Source of the DNA: an uncultured Chloroflexia bacterium | GTDB taxonomy: Bacteria > Chloroflexota > Dehalococcoidia > DSTF01 > JALHUB01 | NCBI GenBank assembly: GCA_963763495.1 | Contig: CAVXOY010000019.1 | Span: 64,211 to 128,210, forward strand | DNA: 64,000 bases | Direction: 5' to 3' | In this document: positions 32,561 through 42,660 of the stretch, one piece after another | Numbering within the stretch: the first letter of the stretch is position 1 | Layout: each line of letters opens with the position of its first letter | Program-made: the position numbers and the translations under genes | Notes under the pieces: generated by a model | The model's database searches: none | Seen by the model: the letters and a program-made list of their open reading frames with translations, nothing else | What the model was told of the DNA's origin: nothing

Positions 32561-33348
32561 TCCTTATCGTCAGACTGCTCTTCAGGGGTCTCCGCCTCAG
32601 CGGGAGCCTCCTCGTTGACAGATGCTTCTTCTTCTCCGGCCTCCGCCTCCACCTCAACAGCCGTCTCTTCGACGACGGGCTCTTCCTCTTCGGCAACTGC
32701 TCGCTCTATGCCGGCGATGCTTGCGGGGGTCTTGGGCGACCGGCAGATGCGTAGGAGCCCATTCCTGGCGCCGGGGACCGCTCCCTCGATGAGGAGGACC
32801 CCACGCGCCGGGTCGCTGTCCAGAACGAGCAGGTTGCGCACGGTGACGCGGTCGGCGCCCATGTGTCCGGCCATCCGCAGTCCTTTGACAACCCGCCCAG
32901 GCGATGAGCCGGGGCCGATGGAGCCGGGAGCCCTCAGGCGGTCCGACTGGCCATGCGTGCGGGGGCCGCCGCGGAACCCGTGGCGCTTCACCCCTCCGGC
33001 GAAGCCTTTGCCCTTGGATATCCCGGTGACATCCACGAAATCGCCGGCGTTGAAGAGCTCGGCGCTCACCTTTTGGCCCGCTTCCCACTGCGCGGCGTCA
33101 TCGACCGAGAACTCCCGCAGATAGCGGAACTCGCCCGTCCCTTTTAGGTGACCCTTCATCGGTTGGTTGACCCGCTTGGTCGCGCCAAATCCGAGCTGAA
33201 CAGCGCTGTAGCCGTCCTTCCCCGGATTCTTGACCTGGACGACCGTGCAGGGGCCGGCTTCGACCACGGTAACGGGGTGAACTACACCCTTGCGGTCGAA
33301 GACCTGGGCCATGCCGATCTTCTTGCCAAGCAGGCCTACTATGCTCAT
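32557..33348 (-). CDS. rplC: 50S ribosomal protein L3 with about 50-aa acidic C-terminal tail
   Basis: [14 protein letters not shown]...[13 protein letters not shown] core, with the tail ...[45 protein letters not shown]. The stop overlaps the rplD start. Confidence 0.95.
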   Translation of the reverse strand: MSIVGLLGKKIGMAQVFDRKGVVHPVTVVEAGPCTVVQVKNPGKDGYSAVQLGFGATKRVNQPMKGHLKGTGEFRYLREFSVDDAAQWEAGQKVSAELFNAGDFVDVTGISKGKGFAGGVKRHGFRGGPRTHGQSDRLRAPGSIGPGSSPGRVVKGLRMAGHMGADRVTVRNLLVLDSDPARGVLLIEGAVPGARNGLLRICRSPKTPASIAGIERAVAEEEEPVVEETAVEVEAEAGEEEASVNEEAPAEAETPEEQSDDKE

Positions 33349-33659
33349 TGCAGTTTGATCTCAATGTCCACGCCGGCCGGCAATTGGAGCCTCATCAGCG
33401 TGTCTACGGTTTTTGACGTCGGCTCTAGGATGTCGATGAGCCGCTTGTGAGTGCGAATCTCGAATTGCTCTCGCGAGTCCTTGTCGATGACCGGCGAGCG
33501 GATGACGCAGAACTTCTTCGTCACAGTGGGCAGGGGGATCGGCCCCGCCACGGCTGCCCCCGTTCGCTCAGCGGCCTCTACGATCTGGCTTGCCGACTGG
33601 TCGAGCAAGCGGTGATCGTAACCCTTTAGCCTAATCCGGATCTTCTGCTTTGTTGTCAT
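33345..33659 (-). CDS. rpsJ: 30S ribosomal protein S10
   Basis: [31 protein letters not shown]. Confidence 0.97.
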   Translation of the reverse strand: MTTKQKIRIRLKGYDHRLLDQSASQIVEAAERTGAAVAGPIPLPTVTKKFCVIRSPVIDKDSREQFEIRTHKRLIDILEPTSKTVDTLMRLQLPAGVDIEIKLQ

Positions 33660-33704
33660 CTTCCAACCAGAGCGTCAGCTACGCTTTCGCCGGACTTCCG
33701 CACT

Positions 33705-35792
33705 CTAGGCGCGGACCGGATGCTTGACCTTGATGCCCAGCTTATCGACCACGCCGGGCGGCACTTCCTGATAGTGATCGAATTCCATGTTTTGCGTCGC
33801 GCGGCCCTGAGTCAGCGACCGCAGCTCCGTCGTATAGCCAAATGTCTCGGCCAGCGGCACGAGGGCGCGCACGGCCTGGATGTCGCCGCGGGCCTCGATG
33901 CCCAGCACGCGTCCCCGGCGCGAGTTCACGTCCCCCAGGACATCGCCGAAGAACTCCTCAGGCGTGAGGACCTCCACCTTCATGATAGGCTCCAAGAGAA
34001 TGGCGTCGCCCTTGTTAAGGGCCTTCTTGATCGCCATCGAGCCCGCGGTCCGGAAAGCCATCTCCGAGGAGTCCACGTCATGATAGCTGCCGTCGACCAA
34101 GGCTACACCGATATCGATAACCGGGTAGCCGGCCAGAATGCCGCTCTCCAGCGCCTCTTTCACCCCTGCCGCCACCGCCGGTATGTACTCCCGCGGGATG
34201 ACCCCGCCGGTCGTCTTGTCGACGAACTCGTAACCCAACCCTCGCTCGCGGGGCTCGACCTCCAACCAGACGTCGCCGTACTGACCCCGGCCACCGCTCT
34301 GGCGAATGAAGCGCCCCTCGACGCGGCTGGGTGAGGTGATCGTCTCCTTGTAGGCGACCTCGGGCCTGCCCACGTTGGCGTCCACGCGGAACTCACGCAG
34401 CATGCGGTCGACGATGACCTCGAGGTGCAACTCGCCCATGCCCGAGATAATCGTCTGGCCGGTCTCCTGGTCGTAGCGAATGCGGAAAGTCGGGTCTTCT
34501 TCGGCGAGGCGGTTCAGGGTCTCACCCATCCGGTCCTGGTCGTCCTTCGTCTTCGGTTCGATGGCGACGGAGATGACAGGCTCGGGGAAGGATATCGTCT
34601 CCAGGATGACGGGGTGCGCCTTGTCGCAGAGGGTGTCACCGGTGAAGGTGTTCTTGAGGCCGACGGCGGCAACGATGTCGCCGGCCGAGACGGACTCCAC
34701 GTCCTCGCGGTGGTTGGCGTGCATCCGCAACAGGCGGCCCAGCCTCTCTCTTTCGTCCCGCGTAGCGTTGTAGATCGTCGCCCCGGTCTGAACGTGGCCG
34801 CTGTAGACGCGGAAGTAGGCGAGCCGCCCGACAAAGGGGTCGGCGACGATCTTGAAGGCGAGCGCGGTGAAGGGCTCTTCGTCGTCAGCAGCCCGCTCCA
34901 CGGTCTGGTCTGTTCTGGGATTAATGCCTGTGACAGGGCGGACATCGACGGGAGCGGGAAGGTAGTCGACGATGGCGTCGAGGAGCGGCTGCACGCCCTT
35001 GTTGCGGAGGGCGGAGCCGCACATGACGGGGGTGATGGAGCCAGCGAGGGTCGCTCGGCGCAACGCCTTCTTCAGCTCGGTGGCGCTTACGGCATGCCCT
35101 TCGACATAGTTGATCATCGTCTGGTGGTCCACTTCCCCCAGTTTCTCAATCATCTCCTCCCGGTAGCGGGCGCGGAGCTCGGCGTATTGCTCGGGCACCG
35201 GCACCACGTCGGGGTTCTCATGGCTTTCGGCAGGGAAGTACCAGGCCCGGTCCTCCACAAGGTCGATGACTCCCTCGAAGGAGGACTCGACGCCCATAGG
35301 TATCTGGATCGCGACAGGCTGGCCGTTCAGACGGGCCTTGATCGCCTCGATGGTGCGCCAGTAATCGGCGCCGAGGCGGTCCATCTTGTTCACGAAGCAG
35401 ATGCGGGGGACACCGTAGTGGTCGGCCTGACGCCAGACCGTCTCCGACTGGGGCTCGACGCCGGCGACGGCATCAAAAACGACGACGCCGCCATCGAGGA
35501 CGCGCAGGCTGCGCTCGACCTCAACGGTGAAGTCGACGTGGCCCGGGGTGTCGATGATGTTGATCTGGTGGTCGAGCCACTCGGCGGTGGTGGCGGCGGC
35601 GGTGATAGTGATTCCCCGCTCGCGCTCCTGGGCCATCCAGTCCATGACGGCGGTCCCCTCATGGACCTCACCTATCTTGTAGGTGCGGCCCGTGTAATAG
35701 AGGATCCGCTCGGTCACGGTGGTCTTACCGGCATCGATATGGGCAATGATACCGATATTGCGGACGCGCTCGATAGGATATTGCCTACCCAT
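33705..35792 (-). CDS. fusA: elongation factor G
   Basis: [31 protein letters not shown], and full-length EF-G similarity. I prefer the start MGRQYPI (35792); the track ORF starts at 35834. Confidence 0.96.
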   Translation of the reverse strand: MGRQYPIERVRNIGIIAHIDAGKTTVTERILYYTGRTYKIGEVHEGTAVMDWMAQERERGITITAAATTAEWLDHQINIIDTPGHVDFTVEVERSLRVLDGGVVVFDAVAGVEPQSETVWRQADHYGVPRICFVNKMDRLGADYWRTIEAIKARLNGQPVAIQIPMGVESSFEGVIDLVEDRAWYFPAESHENPDVVPVPEQYAELRARYREEMIEKLGEVDHQTMINYVEGHAVSATELKKALRRATLAGSITPVMCGSALRNKGVQPLLDAIVDYLPAPVDVRPVTGINPRTDQTVERAADDEEPFTALAFKIVADPFVGRLAYFRVYSGHVQTGATIYNATRDERERLGRLLRMHANHREDVESVSAGDIVAAVGLKNTFTGDTLCDKAHPVILETISFPEPVISVAIEPKTKDDQDRMGETLNRLAEEDPTFRIRYDQETGQTIISGMGELHLEVIVDRMLREFRVDANVGRPEVAYKETITSPSRVEGRFIRQSGGRGQYGDVWLEVEPRERGLGYEFVDKTTGGVIPREYIPAVAAGVKEALESGILAGYPVIDIGVALVDGSYHDVDSSEMAFRTAGSMAIKKALNKGDAILLEPIMKVEVLTPEEFFGDVLGDVNSRRGRVLGIEARGDIQAVRALVPLAETFGYTTELRSLTQGRATQNMEFDHYQEVPPGVVDKLGIKVKHPVRA

Positions 35793-35903
35793 GACTTCGG
35801 TCCCGCGACGAGCGGGTTTTGTTACTATGACCAATTCTCCAAACCAACGAAAACTAAGGACGCTGACTCCATCCGCCGTGACGGAGGGAGCGATCTCGAA
35901 CGG

Positions 35904-36374
35904 TTACCAGCGATAGTGGACGAAGGCGCGGTTGGCCTCGGCCATACGGTGGGTATCTTCCTTCTTCTTGACGGTGGCGCCCTGCCCGGAGGCGGCGTCC
36001 ATCAGCTCAGCGGCCAGCTTCTCCGCCATCGTCTTGCCCTTGCGGGCGCGGGCGGCGTTGATGAGCCAGCGCACGGCGAGGGCGTTGCGGCGCTCGGGCC
36101 GTATGTCGACGGGCACCTGGTAGGTGGCGCCACCGACGCGCCGGGGCTTCACCTCGACGACGGGGGTGACGTTGCGCAGGGCCTGCTCGAAGGCGTCGAG
36201 GGGGCTGCGGTGCATCTGGGACTCGAGGATGTCCAGCGCCTGGTAAGTCAGGCGCTCGGCCACGCTCTTCTTGCCGCCGCGCATGACCTTGTTGATGAAC
36301 ATGGTCAGGCCCTGGCTCCCGTACTTGGCGTCCGGTGGCACTTCCCGTCTAACGACTCTTGCCCGCCTCGGCAT
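35904..36374 (-). CDS. rpsG: 30S ribosomal protein S7
   Basis: [20 protein letters not shown]...[10 protein letters not shown]. Confidence 0.97.
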   Translation of the reverse strand: MPRRARVVRREVPPDAKYGSQGLTMFINKVMRGGKKSVAERLTYQALDILESQMHRSPLDAFEQALRNVTPVVEVKPRRVGGATYQVPVDIRPERRNALAVRWLINAARARKGKTMAEKLAAELMDAASGQGATVKKKEDTHRMAEANRAFVHYRW

Positions 36375-36394
36375 TCTCTTCCTCCAACGACTCG

Positions 36395-36817
36395 CTAGCC
36401 GGACTTAGCCGCCCTGCGAGTGCCATACTTGCTGCGGCCGCGGTTGCGACCCTCGACTCCCAGGGAGTCGAGGGCACCGCGGATGATGTGATAGCGCACA
36501 CCCGGCAGGTCTTTGACACGGCCCCCACGGATGAGCACCGCGGAGTGCTCCTGAAGGGTGTGGCCCTCGCCGGGGATGTAGGCGGTCACCTCGATGCCGT
36601 TAGTAAGGCGAACCCGCGCGATCTTGCGAAGGGCGGAGTTCGGCTTTTTCGGGGTCATCGTGCGCACCTGCGTGCAGACGCCCCGCTTCTGGGGGGAGCC
36701 GTCACCGCGGTCGGTGCGATTTTTCAGGGCGTTGTAGGTGAAGCGCAGGGCAGGAGCTTTGGTCTTCTTGACCAGCTTCTTGCGGCCCTTCCTCACCAGT
36801 TGGTTTATCGTAGGCAA
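36395..36817 (-). CDS. rpsL: 30S ribosomal protein S12
   Basis: (M)[13 protein letters not shown]...[10 protein letters not shown]...[10 protein letters not shown] prefer the TTG start at 36817; the upstream part of track ORF 36395..36952 is non-homologous. Confidence 0.95.
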   Translation of the reverse strand: MPTINQLVRKGRKKLVKKTKAPALRFTYNALKNRTDRGDGSPQKRGVCTQVRTMTPKKPNSALRKIARVRLTNGIEVTAYIPGEGHTLQEHSAVLIRGGRVKDLPGVRYHIIRGALDSLGVEGRNRGRSKYGTRRAAKSG

Positions 36818-37010
36818 CCCGCTTGTCTCCCTTGTGCTGAACCTACCAGGAACCGTCTTTTGGACAACGCAAAAGGTCGAAAACCCTATTACTGAGCCAG
36901 TACGGCGTGGTGGGCACCAGTGGTATCCGCCACTATCGCCGACCGTAGTCACTTTAAGGTCTTTCGACCCGTTGCAGCGCCGGCTAGGGATCGCGCGGCG
37001 CCAAAAAGTA

Positions 37011-37040
37011 ACTTTACTAGAAACCGTATACAGATGTCAA
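37011..37040 (-). promoter_or_regulatory. candidate sigma70-like promoter of the rpsL-rpsG-fusA operon
   Basis: On the minus strand: TTGACA (37040-37035), an 18-nt spacer, then TAAAGT (37016-37011). This leaves a leader of about 190 nt before rpsL. Confidence 0.35.
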
Positions 37041-37103
37041 GCTTTATGGCGAGTAATTCTTCTCTTGCCCGCCCGACGCGCAAGACAGCCGGCAATCGAT
37101 GCG

Positions 37104-37562
37104 TCACGATGAGGGGGACTCGGCGAGAAGCTCGCGGACGACGGCGCTGATCTCGCCCCCCTCGGCGCGCCCGGCAAGCTGCTTCACGAGCACCGGCATG
37201 ACCTTGCCGATGTCGCGCGGGCCCTGAGCGCCGACCTCGGCGATGACCTTGCGGGCGGCCGCCGTTATCTCGTCGCGGGAGACGGCGGCGGGCAGGTAGG
37301 CGTCGAGAACGGCCGCCTCCGCCTCTTCGCGCTCGACGAGGTCGGGGCGGTTCCCTTTGCGGAACTCCTCAGCGCTCTCCCGCCGCTGCTTCGCCTGCTT
37401 GGCGATGACGGCCAGGGTGCCGCTATCGTCCAGAGCCGCGCCCTTCTCGATCTCGGCGTTGTGGACGACCGCCATGAGGAGGCGGAGGGTGCGCTTGCGG
37501 ACGTCGTCGCCCTCTCTCAGCGCCTGCTTCAAGTCGTCGGATAGCTTATCTTTTAGAGACAC
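37104..37562 (-). CDS. yqeY: GatB/YqeY-domain protein
   Basis: MSLKDKLSDDLKQALREGD...RLLMAVVHNAEIE...QRRESAEEFRKGNRPDLVEREEAE, immediately downstream of rpsU as in many bacteria. Confidence 0.85.
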   Translation of the reverse strand: MSLKDKLSDDLKQALREGDDVRKRTLRLLMAVVHNAEIEKGAALDDSGTLAVIAKQAKQRRESAEEFRKGNRPDLVEREEAEAAVLDAYLPAAVSRDEITAAARKVIAEVGAQGPRDIGKVMPVLVKQLAGRAEGGEISAVVRELLAESPSS

Positions 37563-37604
37563 AGAAGACTCCCGATTCCCCGTACGGAGAGTCGCCGGTG
37601 ATAC

Positions 37605-37781
37605 CTAGCGCGCGCTCTTGCGCCGTTTGGCGGCGGCTTTTCTCTTGCGCCTGACGCTCGGCTTTTCGAACCGCTCGCGGCGGCGGGCCTCGGAGAGGAT
37701 GCCGTACTGCTGCACCTTGCGGTTGAAGCGCCGCAGCGCCGCCTCGAAGCTCTCGTTTTGGTTGACGACTACCTCTACCAC
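37605..37781 (-). CDS. rpsU: 30S ribosomal protein S21 (not in ORF track, 58 aa)
   Basis: The reverse-strand translation is (M)[57 protein letters not shown], with a GTG start. Confidence 0.9.
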   Translation of the reverse strand: MVEVVVNQNESFEAALRRFNRKVQQYGILSEARRRERFEKPSVRRKRKAAAKRRKSAR

Positions 37782-37977
37782 CTTAGATGTGCCCCTTCAC
37801 CTGAGGTTCGTCGCGGAGCTTAGGTTGGACTCGCTCGGCGATTATAGTTAAGTGGCGAGATTGGTGTCAAGAAGTGGCACGGAGGCAAAGATGGCTCACT
37901 CATGGCCGGCCGAGCGGTCAAGAAAGGGCGGGGGGCGCTTGCCAGCGCCCCCCGGTTTGGAGATGTTCCTTGCTCCC

Positions 37978-39969
37978 CTACGGCACGACCTGTTGGGGGC
38001 GCATCATCTCGTTGTCTTCGTGGTCGACGATGTGACAGTGCCAGACATATCCGGGACCTGTGGTCGGATCGAAGGGGTAGGTGTTGACTCCAGGAGTCGC
38101 GCCCCCGACGGCGACATCCTGCGGCGCATAGCGCACTACGATCCTGGTGACCTCACCCGGGTACATGATGACTGTGTCCTTCCACCCCGCCTCGTTGGGC
38201 AGGGCAGCTTTGGCCGCGCCCTGCAGGAACGGCGTAACGTCGGGGTTGCCACCGAGTTTCGGCGTGCTGTTGTACAGCGCGGGAGGACCATAGGCCGGTT
38301 GATAGGCGCCCGTGGGGAAAGCGGCGTTGTAGACCTTCATGTACTTGGTCATGTTGAAGGCCCGGCGACTGATCAACTGGTACTGCACCAGGTGCAGGTG
38401 AATCGGATGGGCATCGGCCGTCAGATTGACGATCTCCCACACTTCAGTCGAGCCCACCCGCGGCAGCTCAGTCACGCCGCCAGCGTTGGGCGACATAGTC
38501 CCGTCCCACTTGGTGTTGTTGACCAGCACTTCCAGGGGTCCGCCCATACCCATGACCTCGTTGAGGGTCAGTTGCCGCGTGACGTCGGGTGTGACGCCCG
38601 CAGCCAGCGCCCCGCCGCTCGCCAACCTGATTAGGGGGGTCCTGAGGGCAGCGCCGGTCGCCGGGTCGTAGGTGGTGTCGCTGACTGTGCCAGTTCCTAC
38701 CCGCAACTCCATTACCTGGCCAACTGTCTGGGGGTCAGGCGCTGTTCCTTTGGGGAACGGCCCCTTCGCGCTATTGACCATCGTAAGCGTCTGTCCCTGG
38801 TAGCCCGCGAAGTCGATTATGATGTCCGCTCGCTCGCCGGGACCGAGAAGGAGGCGCGGCGAGCCGGCGACGGCCGGATCGTTCAACTTCACAGGCACAT
38901 CAAGGAGGCCACCGTCAGTGCCGATCTGCCAGAATGCCGGCCCCGGCGTCTTGGCTAGGCGGTTCATTAGCCGCAGTTCCCAGAAGCGAGCGTTGGCGCC
39001 ATTCACGATGCGGAAGCGATAGCGCCTGGGCTCAACATTAAGGTAGGGCCAGGTCTTCCCGTTCACCACTACCACATCGCCGAAGAACTCCGGCACCCAG
39101 TAGGGATGCTCGGGATTGATGCCAACGTCCGGGAAGAGCAATTGCCCATTCGAATCGAGCATCTTGTCCTGGATAGCCAGCTCTATCTCGTAGTTCCCCG
39201 CCGGCAGGCCGATCGGGTTGTTGGGCAGGCCGGTGTCACGATTGTCCCTGATGAGGTAGAAGCCCGCGAGACCGGCGTAGAGGTTAAGGCGTGTCGCTCC
39301 GAGCGTGTGATCGTGGAAGAACAGCGTGGTGGCCTCCTGGCTATTGGGGTAGACGTAGGTGTCGGTCACGTAGCCCTCGCCGGTGTAGGTCAGGCCGGGG
39401 GTAAACCAGGAGTCGGGGCCACCGTCGAACGCCGACGGAACCTCGCCGCCGTGGAGGTGGACGACCGCCGGAACAGGCCCGTCATAGGGAGCCAGGCTGC
39501 CATGCTCCATAAGCGGGTCGGCCCAATGCAGCGTTTGATCCACGGTAAGATACGGCTGGAGCGCTGGGCTCACGAGGCTGTTAACGTACCGAACGGTGGT
39601 CGGAGTGCCCTTTTGGGCCTCAATAGTGAAGGCGGGGTAAAGGGGGCCATAGCTGTTCGCGCCGTCGGAGATGCCGTAGCCCCAAACCCTGGTCTGAGGG
39701 AATGCTGCCGGCAGAACCTGCTGCATGAACTCGGACATCGTGACTGTAAGGTCCGTGCCGGTGACCCTTGTGCCAACAAACGATGGCAGGGGATCGACGT
39801 ACTTGGGAATCGCGCTTCCCGGCAGCGGGATCTGCGGTACTTGCACGGAAGCCGCGGCGCGTTTCTCCATGAGCCTCCACGGCAAAACCAACGTCCCAGC
39901 CGTTAGCGTACTGACTTTCAGGAATTGTCTTCGGCTTAGCATGGTTAACCTCCTTTGGCTAGAGTCCAA
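37978..39969 (-). CDS. Tat-exported multicopper oxidase (CotA/bilirubin-oxidase-like laccase)
   Basis: Twin-arginine signal SRRQFLKVSTLTAG. Copper-ligand motifs HLHGGE, HDHTLG, HPIHLHL and WHCHIVDHEDNEMM. Strong SD AAAGGAGG before the ATG. Confidence 0.9.
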   Translation of the reverse strand: MDSSQRRLTMLSRRQFLKVSTLTAGTLVLPWRLMEKRAAASVQVPQIPLPGSAIPKYVDPLPSFVGTRVTGTDLTVTMSEFMQQVLPAAFPQTRVWGYGISDGANSYGPLYPAFTIEAQKGTPTTVRYVNSLVSPALQPYLTVDQTLHWADPLMEHGSLAPYDGPVPAVVHLHGGEVPSAFDGGPDSWFTPGLTYTGEGYVTDTYVYPNSQEATTLFFHDHTLGATRLNLYAGLAGFYLIRDNRDTGLPNNPIGLPAGNYEIELAIQDKMLDSNGQLLFPDVGINPEHPYWVPEFFGDVVVVNGKTWPYLNVEPRRYRFRIVNGANARFWELRLMNRLAKTPGPAFWQIGTDGGLLDVPVKLNDPAVAGSPRLLLGPGERADIIIDFAGYQGQTLTMVNSAKGPFPKGTAPDPQTVGQVMELRVGTGTVSDTTYDPATGAALRTPLIRLASGGALAAGVTPDVTRQLTLNEVMGMGGPLEVLVNNTKWDGTMSPNAGGVTELPRVGSTEVWEIVNLTADAHPIHLHLVQYQLISRRAFNMTKYMKVYNAAFPTGAYQPAYGPPALYNSTPKLGGNPDVTPFLQGAAKAALPNEAGWKDTVIMYPGEVTRIVVRYAPQDVAVGGATPGVNTYPFDPTTGPGYVWHCHIVDHEDNEMMRPQQVVP

Positions 39970-40414
39970 CTAGCCACTGGGCAGAGCAGATTATGGCAAT
40001 ATACTCTGCAACAATAGTCATAAGAGGAAGTCTATGCGGAGAATGTGAAAGTAATATGAACTCCGGCGCGTTATCCGTGACGTTACCGTGAACGGACAGA
40101 GAACGACCCAACTCCATACTTCACCTTTGCTGCGTCTCGCTTCCTCCTTCGCGGCTGCACGTCAAACGTGCAGGTCACAACCTCGTCATCAAGGTAAGCC
40201 TCCTTTCTATCAGTCTCCCAAGGGAGCCGACTTCCGCTGATAGAACGTCAACCTCATAGTCCGACATGGAAGAGGATGATGTCTGTGAACCGGCTAACGC
40301 TGGAGCAACCTGTCGTGTGCATGTCGCAGAGGCGCGGCTGCGGCCTCAGCCCGAGGGCTGAGCGAGGACGACTGTCGGGCAGGGATGCCCACCTGAGGAA
40401 TTACGAGGATGAGA

Positions 40415-41943
40415 TCACATCTCCGGCTGCCAGGCGATCTCGCCGCGAACGACGGTCATCTCGACGGTCAGGGCGGCGATAGCGTCGGCGGGGACGGCTG
40501 TGGGGTCGCCGGAGAGGAGGACGAGGTCGGCGTCTTTGCCGGGGGCGATGCTGCCGCGCTCCCCTTCCTCGAACGCGGACCAGGCCGCCGACCAGGTGTG
40601 GCAGCGCAAGGCGTCTTCCACGTCGATGGCCTCGTCGACGGAGAGCGTGGCGCCGTTGCGGCTGCGCCGGGTGACGGCCGACTCGATAGAGCGCAAGGTC
40701 GCGGGCGGCACGACGGGCGCATCGGAGGAGGCGGCGATTTCGACGCCGGCGCGGCGCAGGCGGCCCAGCGGATAGAGATGCGGCAGGTCGGACGGCGGCA
40801 CCTGAGCGAGGTAGCGGTCGCCGTTGAAGTAGAGGAAGGACGGCTGGGTCACGACGGCGATCCCCGCCCTGCCGATGCGCGCGGCAAGCTCCGGCGGGCA
40901 GATGCCGCAGTGCTCGATGCGGTGGCGATGGTCGGGACGGGGCAGCGCGGCCAGCGCCCGCTCGATGGCGGCGACAGCGGCGGTCACGGCCCGTTCGCCG
41001 ACGGCATGGATCGCCACCTGACGGCCCTCTCGATGCACCTGGCCCACCATGTCCGCCAGCTCTTCCTCGTCGGGGTGGAGTCTCATCGCCCACTTCCTTG
41101 ATGGCGATCTTCACCGGGCCGCGGCGCAGCCTTCCCGCCAGGTCTGACTGCGGGCAACTGCCCTCGCGATGCGAAGCCCTCCATGAGCGTCACGCCGAGG
41201 GGCAGATGTCCCTCTTCGATCAGGCGGCGGAAAAGCGCCCACTCGGCGGGGCCGTTGGCAGCGGTGGCATCCTGAATCGACGTGACGCCCTGGGAGAGGA
41301 AGACGCGCGCGGCCTGCTCGACTCCCTGCGCCAGCTCGTCGTAGGAGAGCGGCGGTACGGCCGCGTCCACGATCTCGTCCATCTCGATGAGGAGCCCGGA
41401 CGGCTCGCCGGTGGTGAGGTCGCGCTCCAGGCTGCCGCCCGGGGGCTCCTCGGTCGCGATGGTGATGCCCGCCAGGGAGAGGGCGAGGCTGTTGAGGACG
41501 CAGGCGTGGCCGGAGCGATGGATGAGGCGGACGGGATGATCAGGGGCAGCGGCGTCGAGGTCCCAGCGGGTGGGATGGCGTCCCTCGGCAAGGGCGGTCT
41601 CGTCGTAGCCGGCGGCGCGGAGCCAGCGGCCGGGCGGCGTCTGGGCAGCGCGATCGCGGAGGAGGCGCTGGATGTCGCCTATCGAGGAGACGGCGGCGGG
41701 GCTGCAATCGATAGATAGCAGAGAGGCGGCATAGGCGAGGAGATGGCAGTGGGCATCGATGAAGCCGGGGAGAAGGGCGCCGCCCCGGCAGTCGATGAGG
41801 CGGCTGCCGGCGGACCGGAAGGGCGCCACCTCGGCGTCCGAGCCGACGGCGACGATGCGCCCGTCCTCTACGGCGACGGCCCGGGCGCGGGGACGCGCGG
41901 CGTCCATGGTGATGACATCGGCGTTGTGGAGGATGAGGGCCAT
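40415..41943 (-). CDS. metal-dependent amidohydrolase (amidohydrolase-3 / YtcJ-like), two frameshifts as sequenced
   Basis: The N-terminal part is ORF 41083..41943 (LLPGFIDAHCHL). A short middle piece LAGRLRRGPVKIAIKEVGDE sits in a third frame. The C-terminal part is ORF 40415..41086 (QVAIHAVGE...HRIEHCG...SDAPV). Switches occur near 41150 and 41090. Confidence 0.8.
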
Positions 41944-42080
41944 CTCTTAGCTCCCGCTGTGAGCCCGATCCCCGGCGCCAAGCGGCGTCCGGGTCGACGG
42001 GTCAGCAAACGCGCCTAGAGAGAACAGTAAGCCCTTCCCTGAGAGGAAAGGGCTTGCGATGAGTCGTGTTCGGAGCGCGA

Positions 42081-42224
42081 CTAGTCGGCGGAGGGCAGGA
42101 CTTTGGGCTGCATCAGCTTCATGGGCTGGCCGCAGCATTCGACTTCGCCCTCGCCCGGCTTGATGCAGAGGATCTCCGTCGCACAGTTGTCGCACTTGAA
42201 GCGCTTACCTAGCTGATTAGCCAT
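42081..42224 (-). CDS. desulforedoxin-like Cys4 mini-protein 1 (47 aa, not in ORF track)
   Basis: MANQLGKRFKCDNCATEILCIKPGEGEVECCGQPMKLMQPKVLPSAD. The CxxC...CC spacing and GxG...CCGxxM match the desulforedoxin / Dfx N-terminal domain pattern (YKCxxCGxxVxVxxxGxGxLVCCGxxM). Confidence 0.72.
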   Translation of the reverse strand: MANQLGKRFKCDNCATEILCIKPGEGEVECCGQPMKLMQPKVLPSAD

Positions 42225-42251
42225 TCTGACACCCCTTGCGCCTCGCTCGAG

Positions 42252-42371
42252 TCAGCTCTTCTGCTGCATAGGCTGGCCGCAACAGACAAGCTGTCCCTCG
42301 CCGGGCTTGGTGATTATGAACTCCGAGCCGCACTTGCTACAGAAGTAACGCTTTCCTGCTTGATTGGCCAC
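42252..42371 (-). CDS. desulforedoxin-like Cys4 mini-protein 2 (39 aa, not in ORF track)
   Basis: (M)ANQAGKRYFCSKCGSEFIITKPGEGQLVCCGQPMQQKS. GTG start with AGGTGA 7 nt upstream. It is a paralogue of the adjacent mini-ORF. Confidence 0.72.
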   Translation of the reverse strand: MANQAGKRYFCSKCGSEFIITKPGEGQLVCCGQPMQQKS

Positions 42372-42442
42372 CGCGCATCACCTGCCATGTCTAAGATTCG
42401 GGGCTGGTCCGCCCCTTCCGTCGGCGTAGCTTCCAGGAAAAG

Positions 42443-42470
42443 TGTATAGCAGCCCCCCGATATCGGTCAA
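42443..42470 (-). promoter_or_regulatory. candidate promoter for the desulforedoxin-like pair
   Basis: On the minus strand: TTGACC (42470-42465), a 16-nt spacer, then TATACA (42448-42443). Confidence 0.4.
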
Positions 42471-42591
42471 CAGCGATTGTTATAGCGAGAACAAGCGGCC
42501 AGAGAGCAGGTCAGCGCTATCTTGCCTGCCGGTGGAACTAGACGCCCTTGGCCATCGCCGATATTTTTTCGAATTTTCCCCTTCAGGGGGG

Positions 42592-42625
42592 TTGACAAGT
42601 GCCGAGATATTATATATGCTCATAT
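42592..42625 (+). promoter_or_regulatory. candidate promoter of the ArsR-family gene with overlapping palindrome (possible operator)
   Basis: TTGACA (42592-42597), a 17-nt spacer, then TATGCT (42615-42620). The palindrome ATATG-ct-CATAT (42614-42625) overlaps the -10 element. Confidence 0.45.
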
Positions 42626-42660
42626 TGACATATACACATTGTAGCTAGGGGGCAAAGATT

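Noticed and set aside
39969-40130. A 52-codon minus-strand uORF (MELGRSLSVHGNVTDNAPEFILLSHSPHRLPLMTIVAEYIAIICSAQWLVGL) ending 17 nt before the multicopper oxidase start.
   Set aside because: Its codon usage is AT-rich (TTA, ATA), unlike the rest of the genome. The SD spacing is poor and no family is recognised. It is probably a chance ORF in the low-GC spacer.
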